64,000 nt of DNA from Eledone cirrhosa (lineage: Eukaryota). Below the pieces are notes generated by a model. It had not been told where the DNA came from. It worked only from the letters and a program-made list of their open reading frames with translations, and made no database searches. Location: the NCBI GenBank assembly GCA_964016885.1, contig OZ024741.1, positions 291,400,001 through 291,464,000 of the forward strand, in the 5' to 3' direction. This document shows positions 26,110 to 39,852 of this stretch, in pieces (the first letter of the stretch is position 1; every line of letters begins with the position of its first letter). The translations under genes and the position numbers were made by a program.

Positions 26110-26263
26110 CGGCAGTCTTCTACGGTTTGCGTCAACCAAATTATACTCACAAGTCAATGTCCAGCCTTAGACTATAATAGAAGACACTTGCTCAAAGTGC
26201 TGCATTGCGGGACTGAGCCTGAAACCATGTAATTGCAAAGCGAACACTTTAAACATTCAGCTA
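26110..26263 (-). mobile_element. tRNA-derived SINE (second family)
   Basis: Minus: tagctgaatgtttaaag...ggctcagtccc...cactttgagcaagtgtcttctattatag; runs into a (TA)/(TG) microsatellite. Confidence 0.65.
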
Positions 26264-26477
26264 TTCCCGTTTTTAAGATTCCGAAGCTTTGATTATCGAA
26301 ATAAAAATGCAAAGACTATATATAATATACATATATATATATATTTAAAGGTTAAACAAGGTTCAATGAATTAGTTTTACAATAGATTGGAAGCACTCAA
26401 CAGCATAATGGTTTTCCGGAGTTATTAATATTAATTCAAAATATTAACAAAAATAGACATTCTTGTGATCAAGTATA

Positions 26478-26540
26478 TTTTATTATACATATTTCAGAGG
26501 TACTGAGCTAACTTCAACAGTACGTCCTCATCAGATAAAA
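26478..26540 (-). ncRNA. Type I hammerhead ribozyme, intact core (family E)
   Basis: Minus: ttttat-CTGATGA-ggacgtactg-ttgaagttagct-cagtacctct-GAAA-tatgta-TA-ataaaa. Confidence 0.85.
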
Positions 26541-28510
26541 TAAGATGTTGCATGACATACCCTGAAATAGTAGATGGTTAAGATTCAGTCATGGTAGTGA
26601 GTAAGATATGACAAAACTCAATATTTATATACCTTAAGATTGAGACATGATAAAACTTACATATAATACATATAATTCAGAGGGTGCGTGTGAGAAAGCT
26701 TAAAGATACATAACAGCAATTTACATAACTGTTAGAGATTCAAATCATTTAAATTATTGAAGAAAGAGGAAAGAAAATAGAAAGACAGAGACAAAACATA
26801 TGAGGGGTTAATATAGCTAGTAGAAGTATAGAGAGCAAAAGAGAATTGATTAAGGAAAGAGAGACAAAGAGGAATATTTTTTATAGTGTAAAACATAGGG
26901 AGGGATGAATTATATATATCTATACAGAACTATACATTTGGGCATAGCTTTGCGAAAGAGTAAATTCGAATCTTTGAATTATTGAATTATCTAGAAGTAT
27001 TCATCAATCTAAATCTTAAATATAACTGGGTGTAATTATATGAAGGTTAATTTCCAGTCCTTAGTTAATTAGTTATATATACTATCCAAACGTATCCGGT
27101 TGACCGTTAATTTTCAATCATTTAAGTTAGTTCAGAGTAATGAATTAATCAAAGTGTATAATATTTCAAGCTATAAAAGTTAATAAATATCTGTATTAAT
27201 ATTAAAGTATACTATTAATATTAAAGTATACTATCATATTTATATACTATAAAAAAAGAAAATGTTCTTGTATTTTTAAACTATATAGCTTGGATATTGG
27301 GCACTTTTAAGATTACAAACAATTCACTTGTTTACTTTGAATCTGGTTCTTATCCTTATGATTCATGAAGTTTGACTTGTATATTTATAGTATATATGTA
27401 TTACATGATCCTATTATAATAATTGATCCAAAACCTTAATTTTTAACAATATTATCAGTAACTATTTATTGTATTGTATTATGTTATATGTAACTGATAG
27501 ATATCATCGTAATCTTTAGACAATATAATGTTTGTTTATATTTAGACAAATGCATATATCTAATTTAATAATAAACTTTTTTAAAGTTTAATTATAAGGC
27601 CTGTAGATGCTTTAAGGCATTCTAATTGTTAATCTAAATTTTAAAATTATAACTAATTATTTCATGAATTATATAATGTGAATTATTTGCAATATAATAT
27701 AAATAATTAAATATAATATAATATAATAAAATTTAATAAGAATTACATTCGTGAGGATGAAAATATTAATGCTTCTTTCTCATGTTTGCAAATAGTTTAA
27801 ATATGATTTCATAAAATATGATTTTATAAGTTAAATATGATAGTATACTTTAATATTAATACAGATATTTATTAACTTTTATAGCCTGAACTATTATACA
27901 CATTGATTAATTCATTACTCTGAACTAACTTAAATGATTTGAAAGTTAACGGTCAACCGGATACGTTTGAATAGTATATATAACTAATTAACTAAGGACT
28001 GGAAATTAACCTTCATATAATTACACCCACTTATATTTAAGATTTAGATTGATGAATACTTCTAGATAATTAAATAATTCAAAGATTCGAGTTTACTCTT
28101 TCGCAAAGCTATGCCCAAATGTATAGATATATATAATTCATCCCTCCCTATGTTTTACACTATAAAAATTATTCCTCTTTGTCTCACTTTCCTTGATCAA
28201 TTCTCTTTTGCTCTCTATACTTCTACTAGCTATATTATCCCCTCATCTAGCTATATTATCTCGCTGTCTTTCTTTTTTTTTCCTCTTTCATCAATAATTT
28301 AAATTATTTGAATCTCTAAAAGTTATGTAAATTGCTGTTATGTATCTTTAAGCTTTCTCACACACACCCTCTGTATTATATGTATTATATGTAAGTTTTT
28401 TCATGTCTCAATCTTAAGGTATATAAATATTGAGTTTTGTTATATCTTACTCACTACTATGACTGAACCTTAATCATCTACTATGTCAGGGTATGTCATG
28501 CAACATCTTA

Positions 28511-28573
28511 TTTTATCTGATGAGGATGTACTGTTGAAGTTAGCTCAGTACCTCTGAAATATGTATAATAAAA
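28511..28573 (+). ncRNA. Type I hammerhead ribozyme, intact core (family E)
   Basis: ttttat-CTGATGA-ggatgtactg...cagtacctct-GAAA-tatgta-TA-ataaaa. Confidence 0.85.
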
Positions 28574-28629
28574 AGCATTAATAAAATATACTTGATTACA
28601 AGAATGTCTATTTTTGTTAATATTTTGAA

Positions 28630-28694
<65 letters not shown>

Positions 28695-29249
28695 GGTTGT
28701 GTGTAAATACGTATAGGTGCATGTATGTATAACAAACGATCAGAGTGGGGAGGTTACAATATGCATGATAAACGGCTAGAAAGCTTACCTGTCATAAAGA
28801 AACGTTTTATTCTGAAACTAATTCACATAACATAACATCAGTTTAACACAACGGAAATTGGAGATAATCAGCAGCCTTGTAGTTCTTTGAGGTTGGGATC
28901 AATGCGAGTTTACTTTAATACTGCTGGGACAGACTTTATATCTTAAAATGAATACTAAGTGTTAATGTTGCCAGGAAAATCGATCGTATAAGACGTATCT
29001 TTGCTTAAAATACTTTACAAAACTTTCAGGCATTAAAGGCATTCTAGATCTAAACATATCCTCGCCTAATATTATAATAGATAAAGTGGACAAATGTATT
29101 ATGAGTTGTTTCATAAATTATATATAGATATGTATTGCTATTCTGGAATCCTATATGTAAAAGCACAACTGATACAGTTAACTAGATGTAGCAAAAATAT
29201 GAAACACATGATAATATAATCCGTCATATATGAAAATAAACTGTGCATG

Positions 29250-29363
<114 letters not shown>

Positions 29364-29472
29364 GTGATCCACAAAAGACAGTCGATGAGCGGGAACTCTC
29401 CTTGTGTTTGTGTTTCTCTCACGTTTTTTAAATAATATATATTATATATATATATATTTATATATATATATA

Positions 29473-30270
29473 CTAGCAGCAGTACCCAGCATTGCCTGGG
29501 TAGGTAAAATAATATCTGCTTTGATGAAAAGGTGTCGATCTGAGCGACTGCTTCTCGATGATTCATCTATGGCCACACACAGGCCATGCGGGGGATGGTT
29601 GTGATGACCTCTATCACTGAGAAACGCGGGTGACTGACGAAGAGGCATGCTGGGGAGTGGGGGGGTGTCGAATTTGAACAAAATCGGTTGAAAAATGTGG
29701 GCGCTAGAGCCGAAAAGGCGGACATTTGAGCGAAAAGGTGGTATTTTCGAATATTTAAGCGGTTACCACGCCGTTCCTGAACAAACAATCCAAAATGTAA
29801 AGCCATTTTCAGACGTGAAATAATCAGATCGAGCGTAGTATAAAATTTGCACAAAATAGATTGATTAATGTGGAAGCTAGAGCCGAAATAGTGGAATTTT
29901 GAGTCTAAAAGTGGTATTTTTGAATATTTAAGCGGTTGTTACGCCATCTCTGGACAACAAATGCAAATATAAAGCAGGTTGTGCAATAATAAATTCTATT
30001 TTGCTTTAAAATTTGAACGAAATCGGTGGCAAAATGTGGGAGCTAGAGCCCAAAACCTTATTTTTCGATACCTAAAAAAATGTGACCCCCCTATCGATTT
30101 CTATCTGCAGAATGACCCCGTAATAAAAGAAACGATACGCTGATATATAGAAAACACTCCCCGTTCTATGAGCCTGTAAAGTTTCATGAAAATCGGTCGT
30201 AAGATGTAGGCCCCTATAGTAATATACAGACACACACACACAAACATACTTAATTTTATATATACACAGA
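29473..30270 (-). mobile_element. Non-autonomous Helitron with internal ~170-bp tandem units
   Basis: Minus strand starts TC (30270), ends CTAG (29473) preceded by a hairpin tacccag..ctgggta (29483-29502); A|T insertion context in (TA)n; three aatgtgg..gctagagcc units at ~29694, 29867, 30032. Confidence 0.75.
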
Positions 30271-30306
30271 TATATATATATATATATATATATAAATGTA
30301 AGTATG

Positions 30307-30337
<31 letters not shown>

Positions 30338-30451
30338 GCATGCTACTGTACGTCTGTATACATATATGTATGTACGTATACATACATACTTACATTTAAG
30401 TAAGTGCCATACTAAGAGTGAGAAATGAAATTTCGTTTTCATTTTTTTCAA

Positions 30452-30496
<45 letters not shown>

Positions 30497-30504
30497 TTCT
30501 ACGC

Positions 30505-30562
30505 TTTTACTCGTTTACCTGTTCCAGCCATTCGACTAAGGCCATGCTGGGCACCGCCCTTG
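30505..30562 (-). mobile_element. 3' end of a SINE (also at 61500-61572)
   Basis: Minus gtgcccagcatggcc...aatggctggaac..gtaa matches gtgccccagcgtggccgc..aatggttgaaa..gtaaaa at ~61520-61565. Confidence 0.55.
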
Positions 30563-30574
30563 TTGCTACCCATT

Positions 30575-32612
30575 TTATCTCCAGCCTGTATTGGTTGGCC
30601 ACTGGTGTAATAGGGAGTTCGTTGCTGCTGCCCTTAGGTTTCCCTCGTGCCTTGCTGTGGGCTCATCCAGGATCCATGATAGCAAGGTGTCGAGATGTTT
30701 CTTGAAGACATCCACATCCACACCATGCAGATCTCTCAGATCACTTGGCAGCTTGTTGAAGAGTTGAGGGCTCTTGAACCCCAGGATATTGCAATATCTG
30801 CTCCTTATTCTAGATGTGGAAGACGGGATTTTGGCACCACACAGTGACATCCTGTTCGACGGTTCGTCGAGCTCCCAATGCCAAATTTTGGTGTTAGTCC
30901 CTCCAGGATTTTCCACGTGTAGATCACTGCGTATCTCTCCCGCCTTCGTTCCAAGGAGTAGAGGTTCAGTACTTTTAGCTTCTGCCAGGATCTTAACTCC
31001 TTCATCGTCGCAATCCTCTTGGTGTAGCTTTGCTGGATTGCCTCAAGCTCCGTGGTTAGTTTGACACTATGGGGTGACCAAAACTGGGAGCAATAGTCCA
31101 GGCGGCTTAGGACAAATGTCCTCTATAGTGTCAACATGATGTCTCGGTCTCTTGTCCGGAAAGTCCTCAAGATCCAGCCAGCGAGTCGTCTGCATCATCG
31201 CTCATGTCTATACCCAGGTCTCCTATCGATTTCGACACGGGGATATCGATCCCTCCTGGTCCGACGTAACTGTGTTGTACTGTATTTGTGTTTGCAGGTT
31301 TGTATTGTAGGGCTTGGAATTTGCCAGCATTAAACTGCATGTTGTTGTCTTCCGCCCATTTGTATATGGTATCCAGATCTTGTTGTAAAAGGGCAGGGTC
31401 AGACGGGTTTTTGATTCCTTGTGCTACCTTAGTGTCATCAGCATAGCTAGTGAGGGATGTTGTTGTATGTACTACAGAGGGCACATCTGAGAGAGCCACC
31501 AAAAACAGTAGTGGTCCCAGGACTGTACCTTGGGGCACCCAACTTGTTATTGATGTTTTATTTGAGAGGAACCCACTGGCTGCAAGTGTCTAGCTTCTGT
31601 CCTTTAAGAAGTCATGCAGCCACTCACCTACATTTCCAGTTATGTCGAGTCTGTGTAGTTTGTGATATATCATTCCGTAGTCGACCTTGTCAAAGGCTTT
31701 CGCAAAGTCAAGATATATCACGTCCACATGTGAGCTGTCTAGCAGTTGTTTCCGTACCCAGTCGTAGTGATGTAGCAGCTGTGTAAGGCAGCTTCTTCCT
31801 GGGCGAAACCATGCTGCGTGCTAGTCAGGAGGTCATTTTCCTCGAGGAAAGTGATCAGTTTCTTTCTGATGATTCGCTGATATGTTACGTCAGGGAGACT
31901 GGCCTATAGTTTTTGGCCTCCGTTCTACTACCTCATTTATGGATAGGGCATATTGTGCCTTCTTTCAGTTCCCTGGGTAGTATGCCGCTAGCCAAGGAGC
32001 TTCTGAAGAGCGTCTTCAGTGGAGTTGCTAAGGCTCGCTTACATGTTTTTAAGAGGACTGCTGGAAATCCATCAGGTCCAGCAGCTGAGTCTGTTCTAAT
32101 TTCATCTATGGCGTATACCACATCCTTCTCCGTTATGTCTATGTGGTTGATGGTCCCCCATTTCTTCATGGAGTGTTGTGGCATCAAAAAACTCCTCTGG
32201 CTTTGTTATTTGCATGTGCCCCAGTGGACATGTGAACACACTTTTGTACTATTCATTCAATATTTCACTTATCTCTTGGGGATTCTCGGTTAATGAACCG
32301 TCTGTATGGAAGAGTGGCCCAATCTTGCAGTGTACCGAGGCAATTTCTTTTGCAAATTTAAAGGCGGCCTTAGGGTTTGTTTTAATATTTTCTATGGCCC
32401 TGCTTTCTTTCTTTACCACATCATCTTCATGGGAATGTTTCAGTACAATCTCGGTTTCAAACAGTGCACGTTTCAAATAGGATCCTTTCTTGTTGTGCAT
32501 TCAACTGGTTTCAGAGCTTGGTTCTTCGTCTCATAAGCATTTTCCTATCTCTGGGAATAAAATTATCATGTCTGTTGGCTTTTTTCTCCGGGACATTCTT
32601 TTGGTTTTGGCA
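30575..32612 (-). mobile_element. Decayed CR1/L2-group LINE ORF2 (RT + C-terminus), related to but distinct from the 20.7-24.6 kb element
   Basis: Fragment ORFs with AAGPDGFP, PQGTVLGP, YADDT, LYSLERRRERY, LFNKLP; many frameshifts; 5' end lost at a (TA)n tract. Confidence 0.85.
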
Positions 32613-32624
32613 TATAGTGTATAC

Positions 32625-32737
<113 letters not shown>

Positions 32738-32844
32738 GGATATGAATAGATAGATTGATATAGATAGATAGATAGACAGGTAAGTAGGTAGGTAGGTAGG
32801 TAGGTAGGTAGGTGCGTAAGTAAGTAGAAAGAGAAGTAGATAGG

Positions 32845-32889
<45 letters not shown>

Positions 32890-32890
<1 letters not shown>

Positions 32891-33054
32891 TGCCAAGACT
32901 GGAATTGAACCATCAGCACAGTTGAGGTATGTCAGACATCAATTTATTTTATTTGATGAGGACGTACTGATGAAATAGCTCAGTACCTCTGAAATATGTA
33001 TAATAAAATATATTTGATCACATGAATGTTTATATTTATTAATATTTTGAAGTA

Positions 33055-33055
<1 letters not shown>
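32890..33055 (+). mobile_element. Short solo family-E pseudo-LTR between (TA)n tracts; HHR at 32947-33008 with C3->U
   Basis: ttttat-TTGATGA-ggacgtactg..cagtacctct-GAAA-tatgta-TA-ataaaa. Confidence 0.75.
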
Positions 33056-33136
<81 letters not shown>

Positions 33137-34942
33137 GGCGCACGAGCAGAAAGACGTGTCTTTTCTCCTGCCGGCAGCATATCGATAAATCGGATTTCAT
33201 CTGAGGATACCATTCTCATAACAACAACAAATGCATGAAGGACTTCTCGATTGCATGAAGAACCGTGGAAATAATTATAATGATTAAACGATGTATGTAA
33301 CATCACCATTTTATTTTGTTATATATATTTATATATATGTATATATATATACTGTATATATATCGAGAACGAGAGAGAGAGAGAGACGAGTGGGGCAAGG
33401 TAATTTCTGATTCAGACACAAGAGTACCAATTTGTGGGGAGGGAAAGGTTGGTGGTATCGAGTGCAGTAGTACGTGAATGATGCTTTATTACTTCGAAAG
33501 CATGAAAGGGAAAGTTGATCTCGCGAGGATTATAATTCAAACCCTAATACGTATGAACATCGATTTGCTAGAATCCCGTGTCTGGGGATGATATAGAAAA
33601 AATCATGTATACATTTCAATATGTATATAAATGCTTTTTCATGTGTCTTTTTATTTTGGTTTAATTGTATTTGATTATATTATTGACCTATACCTGTATT
33701 ATTTTCACTTTTACTTATCTCTCTCGCTTATTCCTTTGCACAAAAGGTGTATTTTAAGTATTTTCCGTGTAATCGTGAAATATTTATTCCTATAATTAAT
33801 AGATGTTTTTGTGTGTGTAGGCATTGATATGGTGGGGGTTTATTCATGTATCTGCCTGTGTGGGCAAACGTGTGTGCCTGACTACCTGTATTTATACACT
33901 TTTCTATGTATACATATATGCATGTATGTATGTACGTGTCGGATTGTCTACGTACGTGTGTCTTGAGTTTATGTCTATGTCTATGTCGATGTTTATAAAC
34001 TTCATGTGAAGCCGCCTACATGATAGATTGCTGTCATGTTTAAAGATGTCGGAGGTGAGTTACTGGGAGAAAAGTTTATGTGAGCGGGTAGTGGTGGGAA
34101 TTTGAATATTGGTGTAACTGAGATGAGGGGTGGTGGATCTGCCTACATTGAAACAGTTGACAATTGGTCATTGGGACATGGCGCCTGCCTACGTCTCAGT
34201 TGGAGTAATAAGTACTATGTTTCAATGAAAGACGATAAGAAGGTTGGGAGACCTTGGTCTGTCGGACCCTTTCTATAAATACATATATATATGGATGGAT
34301 ATATGGATATATATATATATGTCTGCCTGTGTGTGTGTCTGTGCGTGTGTGTGCGTGTATGTGTATGTGTGTGCGTATGTGTGTGTGTAAGTGTGTATAT
34401 ATATATATACCTTCTTTTTTGTAATTGATGTTATAGTTATCGAGCTGGTATTGCCAGGAAGCCCGTATTTGTTTTACGCATCATAAATCGACCACACACA
34501 CATAAACAAATATATATATAATTTCAGATCTATGTATCTACATATGACTATATACATCCTTATATTCATCCTTATATAAGTCTGTTTGTATGTATACCTA
34601 GTATAATATATTTCAATATTGATTCAAGTTGTATTTGTGTATCTGATTTATTGAAATATCGTCTGTCGTGACGGAAAAAAGGAAAAATACGAAAATATAA
34701 AATGAAAAATAAGAGCGACTAAATATCGACCAGCTTTTTTTCTAATTCAACTATGATAGTTACCAACGGATCGTTTCATGAACTCATTGTTGTTTAAAAT
34801 CGACTTTTACAGTTTCATGCAAGCCCAATGAAATGGAGTGTGCTTCAAATCAAAGAAACAAAGAAATTTATTCACATGACACACAACACACAAAAACAAG
34901 ATGGTGTAGGACAGAACAAAGGTGAGACATAATAAAATCCCA

Positions 34943-34985
34943 GTCACGTAGGAGGTCACAGAATGTGTGACGAAAGAGCTTTGAC
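34943..34985 (+). ncRNA. Decayed type I hammerhead (core CGTAGGA) within family-B repeat 34800-35165
   Basis: gtca-CGTAGGA-g-gtcac-agaatgt-gtgac-GAAA-gagc-TT-tgac; same stems as the 4317-4358 copy with a different loop II. Confidence 0.6.
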
Positions 34986-35605
34986 AGTACCTAGACATCC
35001 GGTTATCGAGCCTACCAACCACAAATTTATAATAAATTGAAGTGAAAACCAACAGGTGCATGTGTTTTTATTGGCAACATGACCCCCCAAAAGTATAATA
35101 ACATCTGTTTCAACACGCGTTTTCAGATAAGAAATCTTGGAAAACAAATTAAAAAACGAAGCTATTTGTTTATTTTTTATAAATTTAATCAAATGACGTT
35201 TTCATATGATTTGAAGGAAATTTGGTAGCGTTATCTTTCTAACAACACGTCACGTACTCTCGGATTATATGTGGAATAAGCGGGGAGTGATATGGACATT
35301 TACTTAAATTCTCATAAGCGGGGGTCAGGAATAAACGAGGGGTGGAGGTGGGAAATCGATAATTGTATAGTGTACTTTTGTAAATATGGGATTGCTTGTA
35401 ATGTTCTTTTTTTGTTATACATAATGTTTTTAATGTAAAATAAAATTGTTATTAGATTCTCCAGCTGCTGTATCAATATGAATGACTTACAATAACATTT
35501 CGCCGGAGATAGGTTAGCAAAATATAATAAGCAGGTGGCGTGGGGGTCTGAAAAATCAATAAGCTAATGGGGACGATTATTCAAGACGTGAGAAGATGTG
35601 ATATT

Positions 35606-35790
35606 TTGGCAGTATCGGTAGAGCGTCGAACAACATGCTTTGCAACATGGAGTTACGGTCTTTTACGGCCTGAATTCAAATCCCGCCGAGGTTTACTTTG
35701 CCGTTCATCCTTACGCGGTCGATAAAATAAAGTACCAGTAATGCAGTGGGATAATTGCTGGCCTTGTACCAAAAGTAGAAACAATTATTT
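35606..35790 (+). mobile_element. Major SINE copy
   Basis: A box, B box, core and gtagaaacaattatt tail. Confidence 0.9.
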
Positions 35791-35904
35791 ACTTCTAGTT
35801 GATTTTTATTTACTGTTTACTGGGAATCGAGGTATGTTTGATATTTTACTACGAGTTCACATAATTTCTATATTTACTGGGAATAAGTTTAATATTTAGT
35901 CAGC

Positions 35905-36115
35905 GAATAGTTTGATCGGTGATGAATCTAACCAGTCGTCACTGTGGCTGGTTAGTGATAAGTTTAGCCGATAATAACACTGGCTGGGAATGAATTGGTT
36001 CTGTGATGCGTTTGACCGTCGAGGATTTGGGTTAGTGATGATTTGGGTTTGTAATGAATTAGGCCGGTAATGAGTTGGGCTGGTAATTAGTTATGGTTAT
36101 GAGGAATTTAGACCC
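35905..36115. repeat. Degenerate ~17-nt tandem repeat (gtaatgagttgggctg-like)
   Basis: Successive gtgatga../gtaatga.. units. Confidence 0.55.
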
Positions 36116-36204
36116 CATTGTATCATCCCAGCAATGAAGTAATGACCTACCTGGCGAGTTATTTAGCAATAATTATATATTTTTTCTTAATTTTAAATTT
36201 CAAG

Positions 36205-36385
36205 GGTGGTGGATTGGCAGTATCGGTAGAGGGTCGGACACCATTCTTTGCAACAAAGAGTTACGGCCCTTTACGGTTTGAGTTCAAATCCCGCCTATGT
36301 TAACTTTGCATTTCATCCTTATGGGATCGATAAAATAAAGTATCAGTCATGCACTGGAATAATTGCTGGTCTTGTGCCAAAATTA
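36205..36385 (+). mobile_element. Major SINE copy
   Basis: ggtggattggcagtatcggtag ... gagttcaaatccc ... core. Confidence 0.9.
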
Positions 36386-37719
36386 TAAAAAAATTTAAAT
36401 TTCATTTATTTTCTCCATGAATTTCACTTTTGAAAATAAGTTCAAATAATGATACTCAGCGGTTAAGTGAAGATCGTGTTAATTTTGGACAGCGATAATT
36501 TTGGCCTGGGTTAACATAAGCTTGTATATTTGACCAGAAGTTGTACACAATTTCACAGAAACAACTCTTCTGCGATTCCAATTTGTCTTTTGTTAAAGAT
36601 AAGTAACTAAACTTAAAGAAAAGGGGGAAAACACTATCTAGGTGAGGCTGAATATCAGAAATATTTATATGTGAGATTATGTTACTGTATGTTTATTTGT
36701 TTGTTTGTTACAACTGGACAACCATTATATATGCAGTCATACATATACCTGAATATGTGTGTGCGCGCACCAATGTGTGTACGTAAGGCCAGCGTAAAGG
36801 TTTTGCTAATTCCACTCACAGTTAACACGAGCTTATAGTGGACACAATAGGATTGAAATCAAGAAAAATGTGGTTGTATAGCATTTTCACAAAGACCTAA
36901 ACCAAGTAAATGGTACTTTGAACCGCGCATGACTGCTTCGATTATTAGAGATTAATGGAAGCCGTGACACGTAATCGAGTATGACTTGATAGTATATTGT
37001 CTGTTTTCGCTAACGACATTAGATACACATGCAGTCACAAGCAGACTGACATTCCCTCGACCGTCTTCTACTTTATCTGTCAGAACATCTCAAGTTGTGG
37101 TACCTGGAAGGCACACGTACTGTACCACCACTGAGATGGTACTTTATTTATCGACCCCAAATGAATGAAAGGCAAAGTGATCCTCGGCAGGATTTGAACT
37201 CAGAGCGCAAGTACAAGGAACAAATATCCATTTTCGAACGACAAACAGAGATTTGACCTAATGTACAACACAAACATGCCTGTGGAGTTCATAAACCCAC
37301 TATATGAAATATCCACAATAGCTATTTGAACCTGGCCTGTCGGCATTGATTGGTGGCGAGATTATGGTTTTATATAAGGTATTTGCCCTGCAAAAGTTTG
37401 GCAGAATCGTTAGAATGTCGGATAAAAGGGTTTGTTGTATTCGTTCCCTTCCAGGTGGTCAAAATTAACATGTATCCTTTTTGGTGTTGATAAAACATGC
37501 CACTCCAGTACAATACTTTCTAATCACATTGTTTGCCTTGCGCTGGAGGTAGAAATAATTATCATGCATTATAGGCAAGTTGAACACTCACAGCAAGCTC
37601 TTAATTAACTAAAGGAGATAAAGATCCTGAAATACGGTTACTGGGATTTCCTTGGTAAGATTACACTAAGACTTATGTATGTTTGTTATGCATAAATATA
37701 TAGCATTTGCTTCCATTTA

Positions 37720-37785
<66 letters not shown>

Positions 37786-37977
37786 TATATATCTTTCTCT
37801 CTTCTGTTCATACATGGAGAGTTGGTGGGCTATGTCAGGTGTAAATCCCCAAGAAACGTCGTAGTTCACTATGAACCTCCTCATGACTCAACCAAGAGTC
37901 GAAGATTCATATATACATATATTACATGCATACATACATACATACATACATACATGCATACATACATACATATATAC

Positions 37978-39105
37978 AAGGAAGGTGGCCGGGGTAAAAA
38001 ATCCATATTAACATCATACGAAACCTGGATAGTAACACTGAAACAACATCTTCAACAGAAGAAAAAGGTCAGCAACCATTTTGCCCAGGATTATGAACAT
38101 GAAGGAAATAATTGTTTCTACTTTTGGCAATTATCCCAGTGCATGAAGGAAGCAATATCATTAGGACAGCCACTGATATGGAGGAGAGATATGGAATAAG
38201 GCCTGATATTAATCTCTCTCCCAGGGAAATTGGAAGATCATATTCAATGTTCGAACAAGATAATAACAAATGGTCCAATTTACAGAGAAAGTTGTACATG
38301 GGCACCTGAGACGAACAACACAGGCCATAGAGGCGATAAATCATTCAAAACACTCGGCATGGAGTTCCGACAAGATTATGGCACCCCACCCTGAAGGATG
38401 TCTCTATGCAATACAGGAACAAGAAATCCCTACCAAATATCTGCTACACAAAAAAGGAGGGCCATCAGTCGACAATAATTGTAGGCTATGTAAAACAAAG
38501 ATCGAAGATGTTACCCACATTGTTACCAACGGCGAAAGAATTGTCGCCTCGTTACTACCTCCCTATGAAACACGATTTGATAGCTAGAACCATCTGGAAC
38601 GTACTTAGGGGAAGAAAATTAAAAACAAATGAGGAGGAATATGTTGAGATAGATGGCACTAAGGAAAACTGGTGGAACTTGAAAATAAAAACTGCCACCA
38701 AATTAAAGCACAACCGGGCTGATATTGTTGTTTGGGACCACACATTCAAAACGTGCTCTGTTGTAGAGATCTGCTGCCCACTTGATGTAAAGGTTGTCAG
38801 AAAATTTCAAGAGAAGGAGTATATCTACTGAGGAGTTTTCAGATCCAGTATCCAGAGGAGTTTTCAGATCCAGTATCCACGATACATATTCAGCTTCATA
38901 CCCATCATTATTGGAGCTACAGGTTATATATCAACCCTCTTGGAACAAAGTGTAACTGAACTTGGATTTGTGGAAAAAGAGCGCAGCTCCCTAATTCACA
39001 CACTACAAATGGTTGCCGTAGCTGGCACCTTCAAAATTTGCAAAACATTCTTGCGATTCAAGGGATGACAATTTCTTTTCTTTTACAACCTTGCCACCAG
39101 GAAGT
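37978..39105 (+). mobile_element. R4/Dong-like non-LTR retrotransposon 3' part (restriction-like endonuclease type), copy 1
   Basis: KEGGRG, EG.LYAIQEQEIPTK, CRLCK..EDVTHI (zinc knuckle), KHD (RHD), HNRADIVVWD...C.VVEI.CP (PD..D/ExK), PIIIGATG; frameshifted. Confidence 0.8.
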
Positions 39106-39134
39106 TCATAACAAGTTCCAACAAGTTCATAACA

Positions 39135-39852
39135 TCCAACCAAGAGCAAGAAATCACCACCAAAATAGTTACAGCATGAAAGAGGAAATAAATGTAGGCT
39201 GTGCAAAAAAAGGCCAGGGATGTTAGCCATATTATTCCCAACTTTGAAAGAATGTATTCTCTTTACTACCTTCCCACGAGACATGATGTAACCAGTATAA
39301 TCTGGAATGTACTACAGAAGACGGAAATAACAGCAAATAGGAAGGAATATATTGAGACTGACGGCTCAAAAGAATATCAGTGGCACCTAAAAATATAAAC
39401 CATCACCATATTAAAACACAACTAGCCTATTGTTGTATGGGACCACATAGTAAAAACATACGCTGCTTTAGAAGTCAGCATCCCACTCAATGTCAATGTA
39501 GTAAGAAACATACAAGAGAAGTATGATATCTACGAACCTTTGATGAGGAGTTTGCAGATCCAGTACACAAGATACATGTTCAATTCCATACATATTATTA
39601 TTCCAGAATGTATAACACCTCGCCTGGAACAAAATATGGTTGAACTTGGTTTTGTAGGGAAAGAACACAGCTCCTCAATTCATAAACTACAAATGGTAGC
39701 GTTATCTAAATCATTCAAAATCTGTAAAACATTATTACGATTCAAAAGATGAACGATTGCACAAGGAACGACGAAAATTAAATATCCTTTACAACCGTGC
39801 CACCAGAAAGCTGGCCGGTCAAAAGTAAACTTAAAATTAAGAGAAAGAATGA
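39135..39852 (+). mobile_element. R4/Dong-like element 3' part, copy 2, ending in (CATA)n
   Basis: QEQEITTK, RHD, KICKTLLRF C-terminus homologous to copy 1; ~100-bp 3' UTR runs into (ATAC)n at 39853. Confidence 0.75.

Larger units (their letters stand above)
26345..28635. mobile_element. Large fold-back PLE remnant (family E): ~800-bp inverted arms (26428-27241 / 27832-28635), ~590-bp spacer, HHR near each outer end
   Basis: Arms are reverse complements along their length; both ends abut (TA)n; left arm has an extra ~85-bp tail; ~28081-28122 reads KDSSLLFRKAMPK, like the decayed ESL.I....P.LN end of PLE GIY-YIG. Confidence 0.85.

Noticed and set aside
35255-35600. Possible MITE (tactctc...gaataa / ttattc...gaga)
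   Set aside because: Terminal inverted match too weak to support by eye.
37870-37912. tatgaa..gactc-aaccaa-gagtc-gaaga-ttcata nested hairpin
   Set aside because: HHR-like topology but neither core box is present.
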